A stretch of DNA of 64,000 nt from Vicinamibacterales bacterium (GCA_965207675.1 CBDBMY010000010.1:745000-808999), one strand, 5' to 3'; shown: positions 27,286 through 37,788, counted from the first letter of the stretch. The notes: generated from the sequence alone by a model not told the origin. A program made the numbers and translations.

Positions 27286-29626
27286 TCAGAACCGGAGCAG
27301 GCGGTTCACCTTGACGATGAACGCCCGGTTGTTGAGGACCGGGAACCGTCCGAACCCGTCGAGCCCGGTGTTCCGGTCCTCGTTGTAGACGACGAAGAGC
27401 TCGCTGCCGGGGCGGTACTCCCAGCGGAAGCGGATGTTCGCCGACACCTGGTTCAGGCGCGAGTTGTACTGCACGAGGGCGCTCGCGAACATGAGCGGCG
27501 TCATCGTGTAGGTGGTCCGCGCGCCGACGAGATCGGTCCGGAACTCGCCCTGGGGCAGGTCGATCCAGTTGATCGACAGCGAAGGCTCGACCGAGAACTG
27601 GTTGGTGATGGTGACCCGGCCGCGGCTGACGCCGAGGGTGGTCTTGGTCCCCCCGTAGAAGGAGCCGTGCTCGGCCATGACGTTGGCCGAGAAGCGGCGC
27701 TGCTGGCCGAAGTTGTAGCCGAGCTGCAGGTTCGTGAAGTCGTAGCCGGCGACGGGGAGGACGACGCCGGGCGCGATGCGGAACGGCCGGGGCAGGAACT
27801 CGTACGAGTCGATGGCGCTGACGGTGAGCTGGTCGCTGTTCTCCCACTCGATGGTGAACAGGCCTGTGGCCTCGCGGGTCTCGACCGCCCCGCCCAGGTT
27901 CTCGACGTAGGCGAGCGAGCCGGTGCCGACGAAGCGCCGCACCGCCGCGATCGACGCGGGGCGCGGGCTGAAGCGGAACTCCGCGAAGCTGCGGCGCATG
28001 TCGCGCCGCCGCACGAAGCCGACCTCGGGGCGGAAGTCGGGGCCGATCAGCAGGTGCTCGAGCTGCACGCCGTAGCGGTCGCCGGCGTAGTCGAGGTGGC
28101 CCCGGTAGCTGGTGTCGTTGCCGGTCAGGCCGCCGGTCGAGGTGCGGGCCCAGTGGGTGTTGACGGTGAGGTCGTCGTAGAAGCCGAAGGCGCCGTCGAC
28201 GCCGTACGCGGCGTTCGACCCGTCGCCGAGCTGGTGGCGCGACCGGCCCGTGAACATGGCCCCGACGCTGCTGCGCCGCAGGACGTCGCGCTTGGCCCGC
28301 AGCACCGTGAAGTTCGTCGGCAGGACCTCGGGCGGCTCGTCGTCCCGCGCGCGGGGGTCGAGCAGGTCCGCGGGCGTCTCGTCCTCGAACGGGAGCGCGC
28401 CGGCGTGGATGTTGAGGGCGCCCAGGGTCCAGAGGCCGGCCCGCCCGGTCAGCCGCCCCCCCGCCCGCAACGGCACCTCCCGGGCCTGGTGGAGGCCGAT
28501 GCGACGGCTGTAGAAGAGGATAGGCGTGTCGCTGACGCCGGCGAGCCGGCCGCTCGTCGACGCCCCCCCGAAGCTGAACGTCCCCTGGTTCTCCAGGAAG
28601 AACTCGCGCTTCTCGGGGAAGAACAGGTTGAAGCGGGTCAGGTTGATCTGCTGCTCGTCGGCCTCGACCTGGGCGAAGTCGGGGTTGGCGGTGAAGTCGG
28701 CGGTCAGCCCCTGCGTGACGCCGTACTTGACGTCGAGGCCCAGGTCGCCGCCCGGATCGTTGGTCGTCGACCCCGACGCGGCGGCGGTGGTGACGTCCCC
28801 GATGACGTACGGCTTGACCTCGACCAGCCGCGACGCCTCGGGGGCGTCGATGCCCACGAGGGTGGCCGCGAGCGAGGCGCGGAAGTGCCCGCGCAGGCTC
28901 TGGGCGGCCGAGAGGGGGGTGAGGTAGGACGACTCGTTCCGCCAGCGGTTGACTCTCCGCGCCTGGAAGCCCCAGGTCTGGGGGCCGGCGCCGGGATAGC
29001 GGAGCGACTTGAACGGCAGCGCCGTCTCCATCACCCATCCCCCCTCGAACCGGCCGACGGCGACGTCGTAGACCGGGTTCCAGTCGATGTTGATCTGCGA
29101 CTCGTTGACGACCTCGGCGTCGAGCCGGCCGCCGACCGCCGACACCTCGAAGAGCACCCCGTTGCGGCGGGAGTAGAAGGTGTCGAACGACCACGCGAAG
29201 TTGTCGTCGCGCACGATGCGGATGTTGTCGCGCCGCATCTCGCTCGCCATGACGCGGTCCGGCCGCGACTCCCAGCAGCGGGCGACCACGTAGACCTGGT
29301 CGTCGTCGAACAGCAGCCACACCTCGGTCTTCTCCGAGGCCGGCGCGCCCTCCACGGGGTCGTTCTGGATGAAGTCGGACATCGACGCGACCCGGGCGTA
29401 GACCGCCTCGTCGAGCCGGCCGTCGATGCGGAGCGGGGCGTCGATGCGGACCGCGCGGACGGTCACGCCGGAGCCGTCGCGGGCGATGACGGCGGGCGGG
29501 ACGGGGGGCGGGGGGCCGAAGATCTGCGTCGGCCGCGGGGCCAGGGCCTGCTGGGCGGCGGCGCCAGTCGCGCCCGCTGCCGCCAGCAGGAGGGCGGCGA
29601 GGGCCCGGAAAGCTGCTATACTGATT
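27286..29626 (-). CDS. CBM9-like / DUF5916 domain-containing secreted (probably outer-membrane) protein
   Basis: Signal-like AAFRALAALLLAAAGATGAAAQQ, then RIDGRLDEAVYARVASMSDFIQNDPVEGAPASEKTEVWLLFDDDQVYVVARC (CBM9-like) and a long beta-rich C-terminal region. The start codon is uncertain: no ATG/GTG/TTG lies between the signal peptide and the tRNA. Confidence 0.65.
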
Positions 29627-29640
29627 GTTCCCCGGCCGTG

Positions 29641-29717
29641 CGCCCTTAGCTCAGCTGGATAGAGCGTCTGGCTACGAACCAGGAGGCCGCAGGTTCGAAT
29701 CCTGCAGGGCGCGCCAC
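29641..29717 (+). tRNA. tRNA-Arg (anticodon ACG), CCA encoded
   Basis: Cloverleaf folded by hand: acceptor GCGCCCT/AGGGCGC, anticodon loop CTACGAA, T-arm GCAGGTTCGAATCCTGC. Confidence 0.9.
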
Positions 29718-30036
29718 TTCCTTTCCTCACGATCCCGTCCCGATTCCCGTTGCGGCCGCCGCCGTCCGGCCGAGCATCGTCGTCTGCGTCATCGCGTGCT
29801 GCCCCTCGACATCCCGCCCGAGCCCATCGGCCGTCGTCCGCTGGCGCGGAATATCCATCGTATCCCACCCGGGACCCGATTCCTGGAAGCCGGTGCACGG
29901 CGGTGAGGCTGTGGACTGCCGCCGGCGGGACCACCGATCCCGGCAACGGGCCCGTGGGGCGCGCGGCCTGGGGGGGGAGGTGCGGCAGGCGCTCGGGGGC
30001 GGTGCCCGATGGACGGCAGGGGGCGGCGCTGGGCCG

Positions 30037-30065
30037 TTGAACGCGGCGTCGCGGGGCGATAGACT
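30037..30065 (+). promoter_or_regulatory. Putative sigma70-type promoter TTGAAC-N17-TAGACT upstream of PQQ dehydrogenase 3
   Basis: Spacing counted directly. GGAGGA SD at 30090-30095 and GTG at 30101. Confidence 0.35.
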
Positions 30066-30100
30066 GCCTGCGGACAGGCTTCGACCGTTGGAGGAGACCG

Positions 30101-32068
30101 GTGTCATTCAGACAGATGCGTTGGACCCTTGCCGCGTTCTCGCTCGCTCTGCTCGCGCTGGCGGCCTCCGCCGAGGCGCAGCCGGCCGGCGACCTCGAGT
30201 GGCCGACCTACGGCGGCGACCTCGCGAGCACCCGCTACTCGCCGGCCGACCTGATCACGGCCGACAACTTCGGCGACCTCGAGCTCGCGTGGACGCTCGG
30301 CACCGACAACTTCGGCCCCGAGCCCGAGTACAACCTGCAGTCGACGCCCCTCATGGTCGGCGGGGTCCTGTACACGACCGCGGGCACCCGGCGGGCCGTC
30401 GTCGCGGCCGACGCGGCGACCGGCGAGCTGCTGTGGACGCACCGCCTCGACGAGGGCGAGCGGGGCGCGGCGGCGCCGCGGCGGCTGTCGGGGCGCGGCC
30501 TGGCGTACCGCGACGACGGCGGCGCGGGCGAGATCTTCTACGTCACGCCGGGCTACCAGCTCATCGGCCTCGACGCCGCGACGGGCCGCCGGCTGCCGGG
30601 CTTCGGCGAGGACGGCATCGTCGACCTGAAGCTGACCCTGGACCAGGACATCGACCCGGTGACGGGCGAGGTGGGGCTGCACGCCGCCCCCATCGTGTCC
30701 GGCGACACCATCGTGGTCGGGGCCGCGCACCTGCCGGGCGGCCGGCCGCGGTCGATGCAGAACGTCAAGGGGCACATCCGCGGCTTCGACGCCCGCACCG
30801 GCGACCGGAAGTGGATCTTCCACACCGTGCCCGGCGCCGACGAGTTCGGCAACGACACCTGGCTCGGCGACTCGTGGCGCTACACCGGCAACACCGGGGT
30901 GTGGGGGCAGATGACCGTCGACGCCGAGCTCGGCATCGCCTACTTCGCCACCGAGATGCCCACCAACGACTACTACGGCGGGCACCGGCACGGCGACAAC
31001 CTGTTCTCGGACAGCCTCGTGGCCGTCGACCTCGAGACCGGCGAGCGCCTCTGGCACTTCCAGTTCATCCACCACGACGTCTGGGACTGGGACCTGCCGT
31101 GCGCGCCGATCCTCGTGGACATCACCGTCGACGGGCGGGAGATCAAGGCCATCGCCCAACCCAGCAAGCAGACGTGGCTCTACGTCTTCGACCGGGTCAC
31201 CGGCGAGCCGGTGTGGCCCATCGAGGAGCGCCCCGTCGAGGCGTCGAACGTGCCGGGCGAGCTGCTGGCCCTCACCCAGCCGTTCCCCACCCGGCCCCCC
31301 GCCTACGACCGGCAGGGGGTGGGCGTCGACGACCTCGTCGACTTCACGCCCGAGCTGCGGGCCGAGGCCGAGCGCATCGTGTCGAACTACCGCATGGGCC
31401 CGATCTTCACGCCACCGACGGTCTCGGTGCCCGAGGGGCCGTGGGGCACCCTGATGCTGCCGTCGCAGGCGGGGGGCACGAACTGGCCGGGGGCCTCGTA
31501 CGACCCCGAGACCGGCATCATGTACCTCTACAGCTACACGCAGGTGGTGTCGCTGGGGCTCGTCAACGACCCCGAGCAGTCGGACATGAACTTCATCCGG
31601 GGGCGGTCGCCGGAGATCTCGGCCGCCGAGGCGTCGCTGACCATCGAGGGCATTCCCATCATCAAGCCGCCGTGGGGGCGGATCACGGCCATCGATCTCA
31701 ACCAGGGCGAGATTCTCTGGCAGGTGCCGCACGGCGAGACGCCCGACAACATCCGCAACCATCCGCGGCTGGAGGGGGTCGACATCCCCCGTACCGGGCG
31801 GGTCGGGCGCATCGGTACCCTGAACACGAAGACCCTCGTCATCGCCGGCGAGGGGGGGATCTTCACCACGCCGTCGGGCGAGCCCGGCGCCATGCTCCGG
31901 GCCTACGACAAGATGACCGGCGAGGAGGTCGGCGAGGTCTACATGCCGGCGCCGCAGTCCGGATCGCCGATGACCTACGTGCTCGACGGCGTGCAGTACA
32001 TCGTGGTCGCCACCAGCGGCAGCGGCCAGCCCGGCCGGCTGCTGGCGTACCGGCTGCCGCCGGACTAG
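30101..32068 (+). CDS. PQQ-dependent dehydrogenase (glucose/quinate/shikimate-family-like, soluble with a signal peptide), paralog 3
   Basis: Signal peptide, then WPTYGGDLASTRYSPADLITADNFGDLELAW and propeller repeats. 655 aa. Confidence 0.85.
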   Translation: MSFRQMRWTLAAFSLALLALAASAEAQPAGDLEWPTYGGDLASTRYSPADLITADNFGDLELAWTLGTDNFGPEPEYNLQSTPLMVGGVLYTTAGTRRAVVAADAATGELLWTHRLDEGERGAAAPRRLSGRGLAYRDDGGAGEIFYVTPGYQLIGLDAATGRRLPGFGEDGIVDLKLTLDQDIDPVTGEVGLHAAPIVSGDTIVVGAAHLPGGRPRSMQNVKGHIRGFDARTGDRKWIFHTVPGADEFGNDTWLGDSWRYTGNTGVWGQMTVDAELGIAYFATEMPTNDYYGGHRHGDNLFSDSLVAVDLETGERLWHFQFIHHDVWDWDLPCAPILVDITVDGREIKAIAQPSKQTWLYVFDRVTGEPVWPIEERPVEASNVPGELLALTQPFPTRPPAYDRQGVGVDDLVDFTPELRAEAERIVSNYRMGPIFTPPTVSVPEGPWGTLMLPSQAGGTNWPGASYDPETGIMYLYSYTQVVSLGLVNDPEQSDMNFIRGRSPEISAAEASLTIEGIPIIKPPWGRITAIDLNQGEILWQVPHGETPDNIRNHPRLEGVDIPRTGRVGRIGTLNTKTLVIAGEGGIFTTPSGEPGAMLRAYDKMTGEEVGEVYMPAPQSGSPMTYVLDGVQYIVVATSGSGQPGRLLAYRLPPD

Positions 32069-32160
32069 CGGTCCGCGCCGCCGGTGCGGCTTCCGCTCGG
32101 GGCGGTCGGGTCGGCGACACCGCGTGACGCCGTGGCCGAGCCGCAGGTAGCGGCCGAGCC

Positions 32161-32357
32161 GCAGGTGTCGATTCAGGGTCGGGAGTCCGGACCGAGGGAA
32201 CCCGTTGGCCCTGGTGGGTTGAACGGCAGGCGCAGCCGCTTCCGGCCGAGGCGTCTGGCCCGGCATGGCGGCGGGGGGTCGCAGGTGGCGGTTCAGGGTC
32301 AGGAGCCCGCGCCGCGGAAACCGGTCGGGTTCACGGTGAGTTGAACGGCAGGCGCAG
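32161..32357. repeat. Two ~76-bp imperfect direct repeats, 120 bp apart, in an intergenic region
   Basis: GCAGGTGnCGnTTCAGGGTCnGGAG...GTTGAACGGCAGGCGCAG at 32161-32235 and 32281-32357. An 18-bp mini-duplication (GGCCGAGCCGCAGGT) lies just upstream. Confidence 0.7.
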
Positions 32358-32411
32358 GCTTCGGGCCCAGGGTTCCCGGCCGGCGCGGCAACACCACGAA
32401 GGAGCGGCGCC

Positions 32412-33596
32412 ATGACTCGCAGCACGACATCCATCGGCCGCCGGCGGTTTCTGCAGACTGGCGCGCTCGGCCTCGGGGCCGGCGCGCTCGGCCCCGGCCT
32501 GGCCGCGGGCCAGGGCGGCGGCATCGGGTCGGGGAGCGCGGCCGAGCCGGGCGCCGGCCGGGTCCGGATGTCCGGCGACGGCCTGGGGTTGACCCCGGCC
32601 GACCACGGCCGGATCCTCAGCCGGCTCGCCGACGAGGGGCGCATCGCCCGCGACAGCTACTCGAACGGCGGCGTCGTCGGCGAGCTCGAGGAGCGGTTCG
32701 CGGCGCTGCTCGGCAAGGAGCGCGCCGTGTTCATGCCCACCGGCACCCTCGCCAACCACCTCGCGGTGCGCGCGCTCGCCGGCGGCCGGGGCCGGGCCAT
32801 CCTGCAGGCCGAGGCCCACCTCTACAACGACTCGGGCGACTGCGTGCAGACGCTGAGCGGCATCACCCTGATGCCGCTGGCCCCGGGCCGCGCCACGTTC
32901 ACCCTCGAGGAGGTCGAGGAGGTCGTCGATCGCACGGCGGGCGGCCGCGTGTCGCGGCCGGTGTCGGTCATCTCCATCGAGACCCCGGTGCGCCGGCGCT
33001 TCGGCGAGCGCTTCGATCAGGCCGAGCTCGACCGCATCGCCGCCTTCGCGCGCGACCGGGGCATCCGGCTGCACATGGACGGCGCCCGGCTCTTCCTGCA
33101 GAGCGCATGCACGGGCGTCGACGTGGCCGAGTACGCGCGCCCCTTCGACACCGTGTACGTCTCGCTCTACAAGTACTTCAACGCGGCGTCGGGCGCGATA
33201 CTGGCCGGCCCGCGGGCGCTGCTCGACGACATGTACCACACGCGCCGGATGTTCGGCTCGGGGCTGCCCGGGGCGTGGCCGTTCGCGGCGGTGGCCCTGC
33301 ACCACGTGCCGGGCTTCGTCGATCGTTTCCGGCGGGCCGTCGAGGTGTCCGAGGCGTTCATCGAGCGGGTCACCCGGCACGACGCGTTCGCGGTGGAGCG
33401 CATGCCGGCCCCCACGAACCTCTTCCGGCTTCGGGTCTCCGCCGACAACACGGCCGGCTTCCGCGCGCGGCTGCGCGACCGCGGTGTCGATCTCGGGCGC
33501 CCCGGCCCGGACGGCCGCGTCCTGGTCGGCGTCAACGAGACCTGGAACCGCGCGACGGCCGAGTCGCTGGCGGAGCACTTCACCGCGTCGCTGTAG
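32412..33596 (+). CDS. Threonine aldolase / beta-eliminating lyase family PLP enzyme with a twin-arginine signal
   Basis: N-terminus SIGRRRFLQTGALGLGAGAL (Tat motif). FMPTGTLANHLAVRAL, HMDGARL and SLYKYFNA (PLP-Lys context) are typical of low-specificity threonine aldolases. Confidence 0.7.
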   Translation: MTRSTTSIGRRRFLQTGALGLGAGALGPGLAAGQGGGIGSGSAAEPGAGRVRMSGDGLGLTPADHGRILSRLADEGRIARDSYSNGGVVGELEERFAALLGKERAVFMPTGTLANHLAVRALAGGRGRAILQAEAHLYNDSGDCVQTLSGITLMPLAPGRATFTLEEVEEVVDRTAGGRVSRPVSVISIETPVRRRFGERFDQAELDRIAAFARDRGIRLHMDGARLFLQSACTGVDVAEYARPFDTVYVSLYKYFNAASGAILAGPRALLDDMYHTRRMFGSGLPGAWPFAAVALHHVPGFVDRFRRAVEVSEAFIERVTRHDAFAVERMPAPTNLFRLRVSADNTAGFRARLRDRGVDLGRPGPDGRVLVGVNETWNRATAESLAEHFTASL

Positions 33597-34005
33597 AAGC
33601 CCGTGCGCGCGCGGCCTCCCGGAGGGGTGGCCGAAACGGAGCCGCCGCCGGTTGGTGCACCTGGCGCCGCCGGTCGGTGCACCTGACCTTGTGACGGCGC
33701 GCGGCGACAGGGCCTGCCCCGTGACCATTGCACCGCCGGCCGACCCGCATGCGCCGTCGTGGCGGCCGCCCGATGGGCCCTCGGAGGAGGGATGTCGTCG
33801 GTGACCGACGGCATCCGCGGCCGCCGCCCGTGCGACTCGCGCCGCCGGCTGCCGCATGAACCTTTCCCGCGGACGCCCCGTATACACCGGACAGGACCGG
33901 GGGCGGCCGGCATGGCCTGACCGCGTACCTCGGACGAAACACGCGGGCGCATGCGGCCCATGACCCCCGGTCGTGCGGCATCGCCCGAATCCCGGGAGGG
34001 GCACA

Positions 34006-34668
34006 GTGACCAAGGCAACGACGGCTGGGCGAGCGGCGCTCGCGGTGATGGCGGTGTTCGTGGCGTCGGGAGCGGCCATCGGCCTGCACGCCGCGGAGTC
34101 GCAGCAGGACCCGCAACCCTGGGTCCACCTCGACATGACGGGGCAGACCAGCATGAGCCTCAACCTGCCGCTCGCCGCCATCGAGGCGGCCCTGGCGATG
34201 GCGCCGGAGGCCATCGTCGACAGCGACGGGCAGCTTCAGCTCGGCGGTCAGCGCGAGATCCCGGTAACCGCCATCCGCGCCGCGTGGAGCCAGCTCCGCG
34301 ACGCCGGCGACGTCGAGATCGCCAACATCCAGGACGGCCAACAGAGCGTCCGCATCGCCAGGGAGGGCGACACCATCCTGGTCGACGTCACGGGGACGGA
34401 CGACGGGGATGACGCCGGGGGCGAGGGCGGCGCCGACGAGGGCGCCGACCAGGACGACGCCGGGCGGGGCCGCGCGCGCGGCTTCGCCGGCGAGGTGCAG
34501 GTCCGGGTGCCCGTGAGCGTGGTCGACGCGCTCCTGTCCGGCGCCGGGGAGACCCTCGACGTCCGCGCCGCCATCCAGGAGCTCAGCGCGCTGCGGGGCG
34601 AGATGGTCCAGGTGGTCCATCCCGAGGGCCGCATCCGGGTGTGGATCGACGAGAGCCCGACCCAGTAG
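34006..34668 (+). CDS. Secreted hypothetical protein with an acidic Gly/Asp-rich insert
   Basis: GTG start 5 nt after GGGAGGG; signal peptide AALAVMAVFVASGAAIGLHA. No family recognised. Confidence 0.55.
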   Translation: MTKATTAGRAALAVMAVFVASGAAIGLHAAESQQDPQPWVHLDMTGQTSMSLNLPLAAIEAALAMAPEAIVDSDGQLQLGGQREIPVTAIRAAWSQLRDAGDVEIANIQDGQQSVRIAREGDTILVDVTGTDDGDDAGGEGGADEGADQDDAGRGRARGFAGEVQVRVPVSVVDALLSGAGETLDVRAAIQELSALRGEMVQVVHPEGRIRVWIDESPTQ

Positions 34669-35046
34669 CGGTCGCGCGACCGTGCGGTCGGGTTGGGTCT
34701 CGCCGGCGCGAGGACCCCTGCGGAGCAGGTTCACGGATCGATGACATCCCGACCCGGCGGCGGCCGTATAAGGCCGGTGCCGGGCGGGACAGGACGGGGC
34801 GGCCCGCGGAACGGGCGCCCCGTTCGCATGTACGAGCGTTCGTCGGGTCTGGGGAACTCGCCGTGGCGGGGCCGGGGGATCCGCGGTAGTACGGTGCCGC
34901 CGGCCGCGGATGACAGCGACTCGTCGGCGGGATTCGTCGGGGCGGCGGTGCGCAAGCCCGCGGCCGACGCCGGGCGACCCCGCGATCGGCATGGACTCCG
35001 CCGGCGCGAACCTCCTGCGACGACGCTTGTCGAACGAGACTCGAGC

Positions 35047-35568
35047 ATGGGCACGCGCGAAACCGCTGACGCCACAGGAGAACGCGGGCCGGCCACCGGC
35101 GCGGCCGCCGACGAGCGGTGGATGCGCGAGGCGCTCGCCGAGGCGCGGCTCGCGCGCGGGCGGGGCGAGGTGCCGGTGGGCGCCGTCGTGGTGCTCGAGG
35201 GCGCCGTCGTCGGGCGCGGGAGCAACCAGCCGATTCACGCGACGGACCCCACCGCCCACGCCGAGATCGTCGCCCTGCGCGACGCCGCCCGCGCCCTCGG
35301 CAACTACCGGCTGAGCGGCGCCGCGCTCTACGTGACCGTCGAGCCGTGCCTGATGTGCGCCGGCGCCCTGGTCCACGCCCGCATCAGCCGGCTCGTCTTC
35401 GGCGCCGCCGAGCCCAAGGCGGGCGCGGTCCGCTCGACGATGCGCGCGCTCGACCACCCTGCGCTGAACCATCGGGTCGAGGTCGCCGGCGGCGTGCTCG
35501 AGCCCGAGTGCACCGAGCTGATTCAGACGTTCTTCGCGGAGCGCCGGGCCGAGCGGAGGAAGGCTTGA
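35047..35568 (+). CDS. tadA: tRNA adenosine(34) deaminase
   Basis: WMREALAEARLA...EVPVGAVVV...HAEIVALR...TVEPCLMCAGAL are the CDA-fold zinc motifs in the TadA arrangement. Confidence 0.85.
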   Translation: MGTRETADATGERGPATGAAADERWMREALAEARLARGRGEVPVGAVVVLEGAVVGRGSNQPIHATDPTAHAEIVALRDAARALGNYRLSGAALYVTVEPCLMCAGALVHARISRLVFGAAEPKAGAVRSTMRALDHPALNHRVEVAGGVLEPECTELIQTFFAERRAERRKA

Positions 35569-35590
35569 TCCGCGTCGCCGAAGGGGTAAC

Positions 35591-36967
35591 ATGGGTACCC
35601 GCTTCGACCGAGAGATCCGGGGGTTCCGCATGCGTCACCTTGGCAGCGTTCGTTCCAGATGGATGCGCGTCGGCCTCGGCGCCGGTCTGGCCGTGCTCGC
35701 GGTGGGGCTCGCCGTCGCGCAGGCCCAGCCGGTGCAGCGGCAGTCGCCCCGGGGGGGTGGGCAGCTCCCCGACGCGGGGACCTTCCGGACCGGCGTCACC
35801 CTGATTCGCACCGACGTCATCGTGCGCGACGCCGACGGCGTCTTCGTGCCCGATCTGACCCCGGCCGATTTCCGTATCGCGGAAGACGGCGTGCCCCAGG
35901 AGATCGCCTCGCTCGTGCTGGTGCACGGCGGCCGGGTCTTCAACCAGCTCTCGCCGACGCCGGCCGTGCAGGAGGGCATCATCCTGCCCGGCACCGCGCC
36001 CGCGACCCAGATGGCGGGGCGCATCTTCATCTTCTTCGTCGATGCCATGCACCTCGAGCCGCAGAGCACGCCGCGGGTCCGCCACTTCATCAAGGACGTG
36101 GTCGACATCCTCGTGCACGAGGGCGATCTCGTCGGGCTGATCTCGAACGACTCGGCGGGCACGGCGATCGACATCACCTACGATCGAGAGCTGGTGAAGG
36201 CCTCGGTCGACGGCATCATCGGCACCGGCCTGACCCCGCGCGAGCTGATCATGGATGTGCAGGACAACCGGGACGGGCCGGAGGAGCTGCGCTGGCGCGC
36301 CCATCGCGCCTTCATGACCGTGAACACCCTCCTCGAGAACCTGGAAGCGGTCCAGGATCGGCGCAAGGTCCTGATCTACGTCAGCACCGGATACGACCTG
36401 AATCCGTTCGAGCTGCAGCGGCTCTACCGGACCAACCGGGCAGATCGATTCCTGCGCGACCGCCGGTCGGATCTCGCCGCCAACGACCCCGAGATGAGGG
36501 CGCGGCTGGCCCCGTTCGATCGGATTCAGCGCCAGGGCACGGTGTTCTCGGACTCGGAGCTGGTCGGCGAGATGGAAGAGCTGGCCGCCGCCGCCAATCG
36601 CACCAACACGACGTTCTACACGCTGGACCCGCGCGGCCTCGTGTCGAGCCCCGACATCGACTACGACGTCCCGCTCGAGGCCTGGCGCGAGTACCAGCTG
36701 GCGGCGCGGTCCAGCCTGCGCACGCTGGCCGAGCTGACCGGCGGCATCTCCATCGTCAACACGAACAACTTCGAGGGGATGCTCCGTCAGATCGACGCCG
36801 AGACCAGCGACTACTACATGCTCGGCTACTACACGAGCAACCCCGATCCGACCCATCGGCACCGCGCCCTCGACGTGACCGTGGCGCGCGACGGCGTGGC
36901 GGTGCAGTCGCGCACGTCCTATACGCTGAGCTGGCCCGCGACCGCCGGCGTGGCGGGGGGACGATGA
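35591..36967 (+). CDS. VWA domain-containing protein (TIGR03436-type, acidobacterial VWFA-related)
   Basis: Signal peptide, then FRTGVTLIRTDVIVRDADGVFVPDLTPADFRIAEDGVPQEI and a VWA-like core. Ends ...YYMLGYYTSNP...VTVARDGV. Confidence 0.8.
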   Translation: MGTRFDREIRGFRMRHLGSVRSRWMRVGLGAGLAVLAVGLAVAQAQPVQRQSPRGGGQLPDAGTFRTGVTLIRTDVIVRDADGVFVPDLTPADFRIAEDGVPQEIASLVLVHGGRVFNQLSPTPAVQEGIILPGTAPATQMAGRIFIFFVDAMHLEPQSTPRVRHFIKDVVDILVHEGDLVGLISNDSAGTAIDITYDRELVKASVDGIIGTGLTPRELIMDVQDNRDGPEELRWRAHRAFMTVNTLLENLEAVQDRRKVLIYVSTGYDLNPFELQRLYRTNRADRFLRDRRSDLAANDPEMRARLAPFDRIQRQGTVFSDSELVGEMEELAAAANRTNTTFYTLDPRGLVSSPDIDYDVPLEAWREYQLAARSSLRTLAELTGGISIVNTNNFEGMLRQIDAETSDYYMLGYYTSNPDPTHRHRALDVTVARDGVAVQSRTSYTLSWPATAGVAGGR

Positions 36968-37710
36968 CCGTGCGCGCCGGGCTCGCGGTCCTGCTGGCGC
37001 TGCCCGGCATGACGACGGCGACGGCCTCGACGGCGTCGGCCGCGCAGCGCCCGGCCGCCGTGCTCGCGGAGGTCGGCGCCGTGCTGCGTGAAGAGCTGGA
37101 CCTGCGGCGCATCGACTACCGCGTCGACGGCGCCGAGGTCACCCTGTCGGGCGAAGTGCCGACGTTGTGGGTGAAGACCCGGGCGATCGACCGCGTCCTC
37201 GAGATCGAGGGCGTCGACACCGTCGCGAGCGAGCTCGTGATTCCCGGCCGGGAGGACGACGACGAGATCGCCGCGGACGTCGGCGCGGCGATTCGAGGCT
37301 ATCGGTACAACACGATCTGGGACTACGTCGGAGGCTCGGTCGTCGACGGCGTCGTCACCCTCAACGGCAGCGTGACGCCGGACCGGGACAAGCCGGGCGA
37401 GCTGTTCGACCGCCTCGCCCGCATCCCCGGCGTCCAGGACGTCGTCCTCGATCTCTTCGTGCAGTCGTCGTCCCGCCGCGATCGGGATCTGCGCCGGCTC
37501 ATCGCGCAGCGGGTGCAACGGCACCCCGTGTTCGCGCAGTATCTCCTGCTCGCCGACTCGCCGTTCCGCATTCTCGTCCACGAGGGAGAAGTGCTCCTCG
37601 TCGGCTCGGTGCGCAGCGGCGTCGAGAGTCGGGTTCTCGAGCAGATCGCCCGCCAGGCGTTCGAGACCGTGCGGGTGATCAACCGGCTGCAGGTCGGCAG
37701 CCAGGGCTGA
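36964..37710 (+). CDS. BON domain-containing periplasmic protein
   Basis: ATGA overlap with the VWA gene and a signal peptide. Repeated BON-like segments (VTLSGEVPTLWVKTRAIDRVLEIEGV, VTLNGSVTPDRDKPGELFDRLARIPGV, VLLVGSVRSGVESRVLEQIARQ). Confidence 0.7.
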   Translation: MTVRAGLAVLLALPGMTTATASTASAAQRPAAVLAEVGAVLREELDLRRIDYRVDGAEVTLSGEVPTLWVKTRAIDRVLEIEGVDTVASELVIPGREDDDEIAADVGAAIRGYRYNTIWDYVGGSVVDGVVTLNGSVTPDRDKPGELFDRLARIPGVQDVVLDLFVQSSSRRDRDLRRLIAQRVQRHPVFAQYLLLADSPFRILVHEGEVLLVGSVRSGVESRVLEQIARQAFETVRVINRLQVGSQG

Positions 37711-37788
37711 TCGTCGCCTTCGGCTCCGCTGGCGCCCAACCAACCCTCCAGGGAACTTGGAGCCGTGTGTCCGGAAGGGAGACCCGTC

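Noticed and set aside
29718-29946. N-terminal extension of the 886-aa ORF 27286..29946
   Set aside because: That part is antisense to tRNA-Arg and its flank and has no protein-like features.
29641-35568. Functional linkage of tadA with tRNA-Arg(ACG), its substrate, 5 kb away
   Set aside because: Both are housekeeping genes on the same strand but are separated by unrelated genes. The proximity is most likely coincidental.
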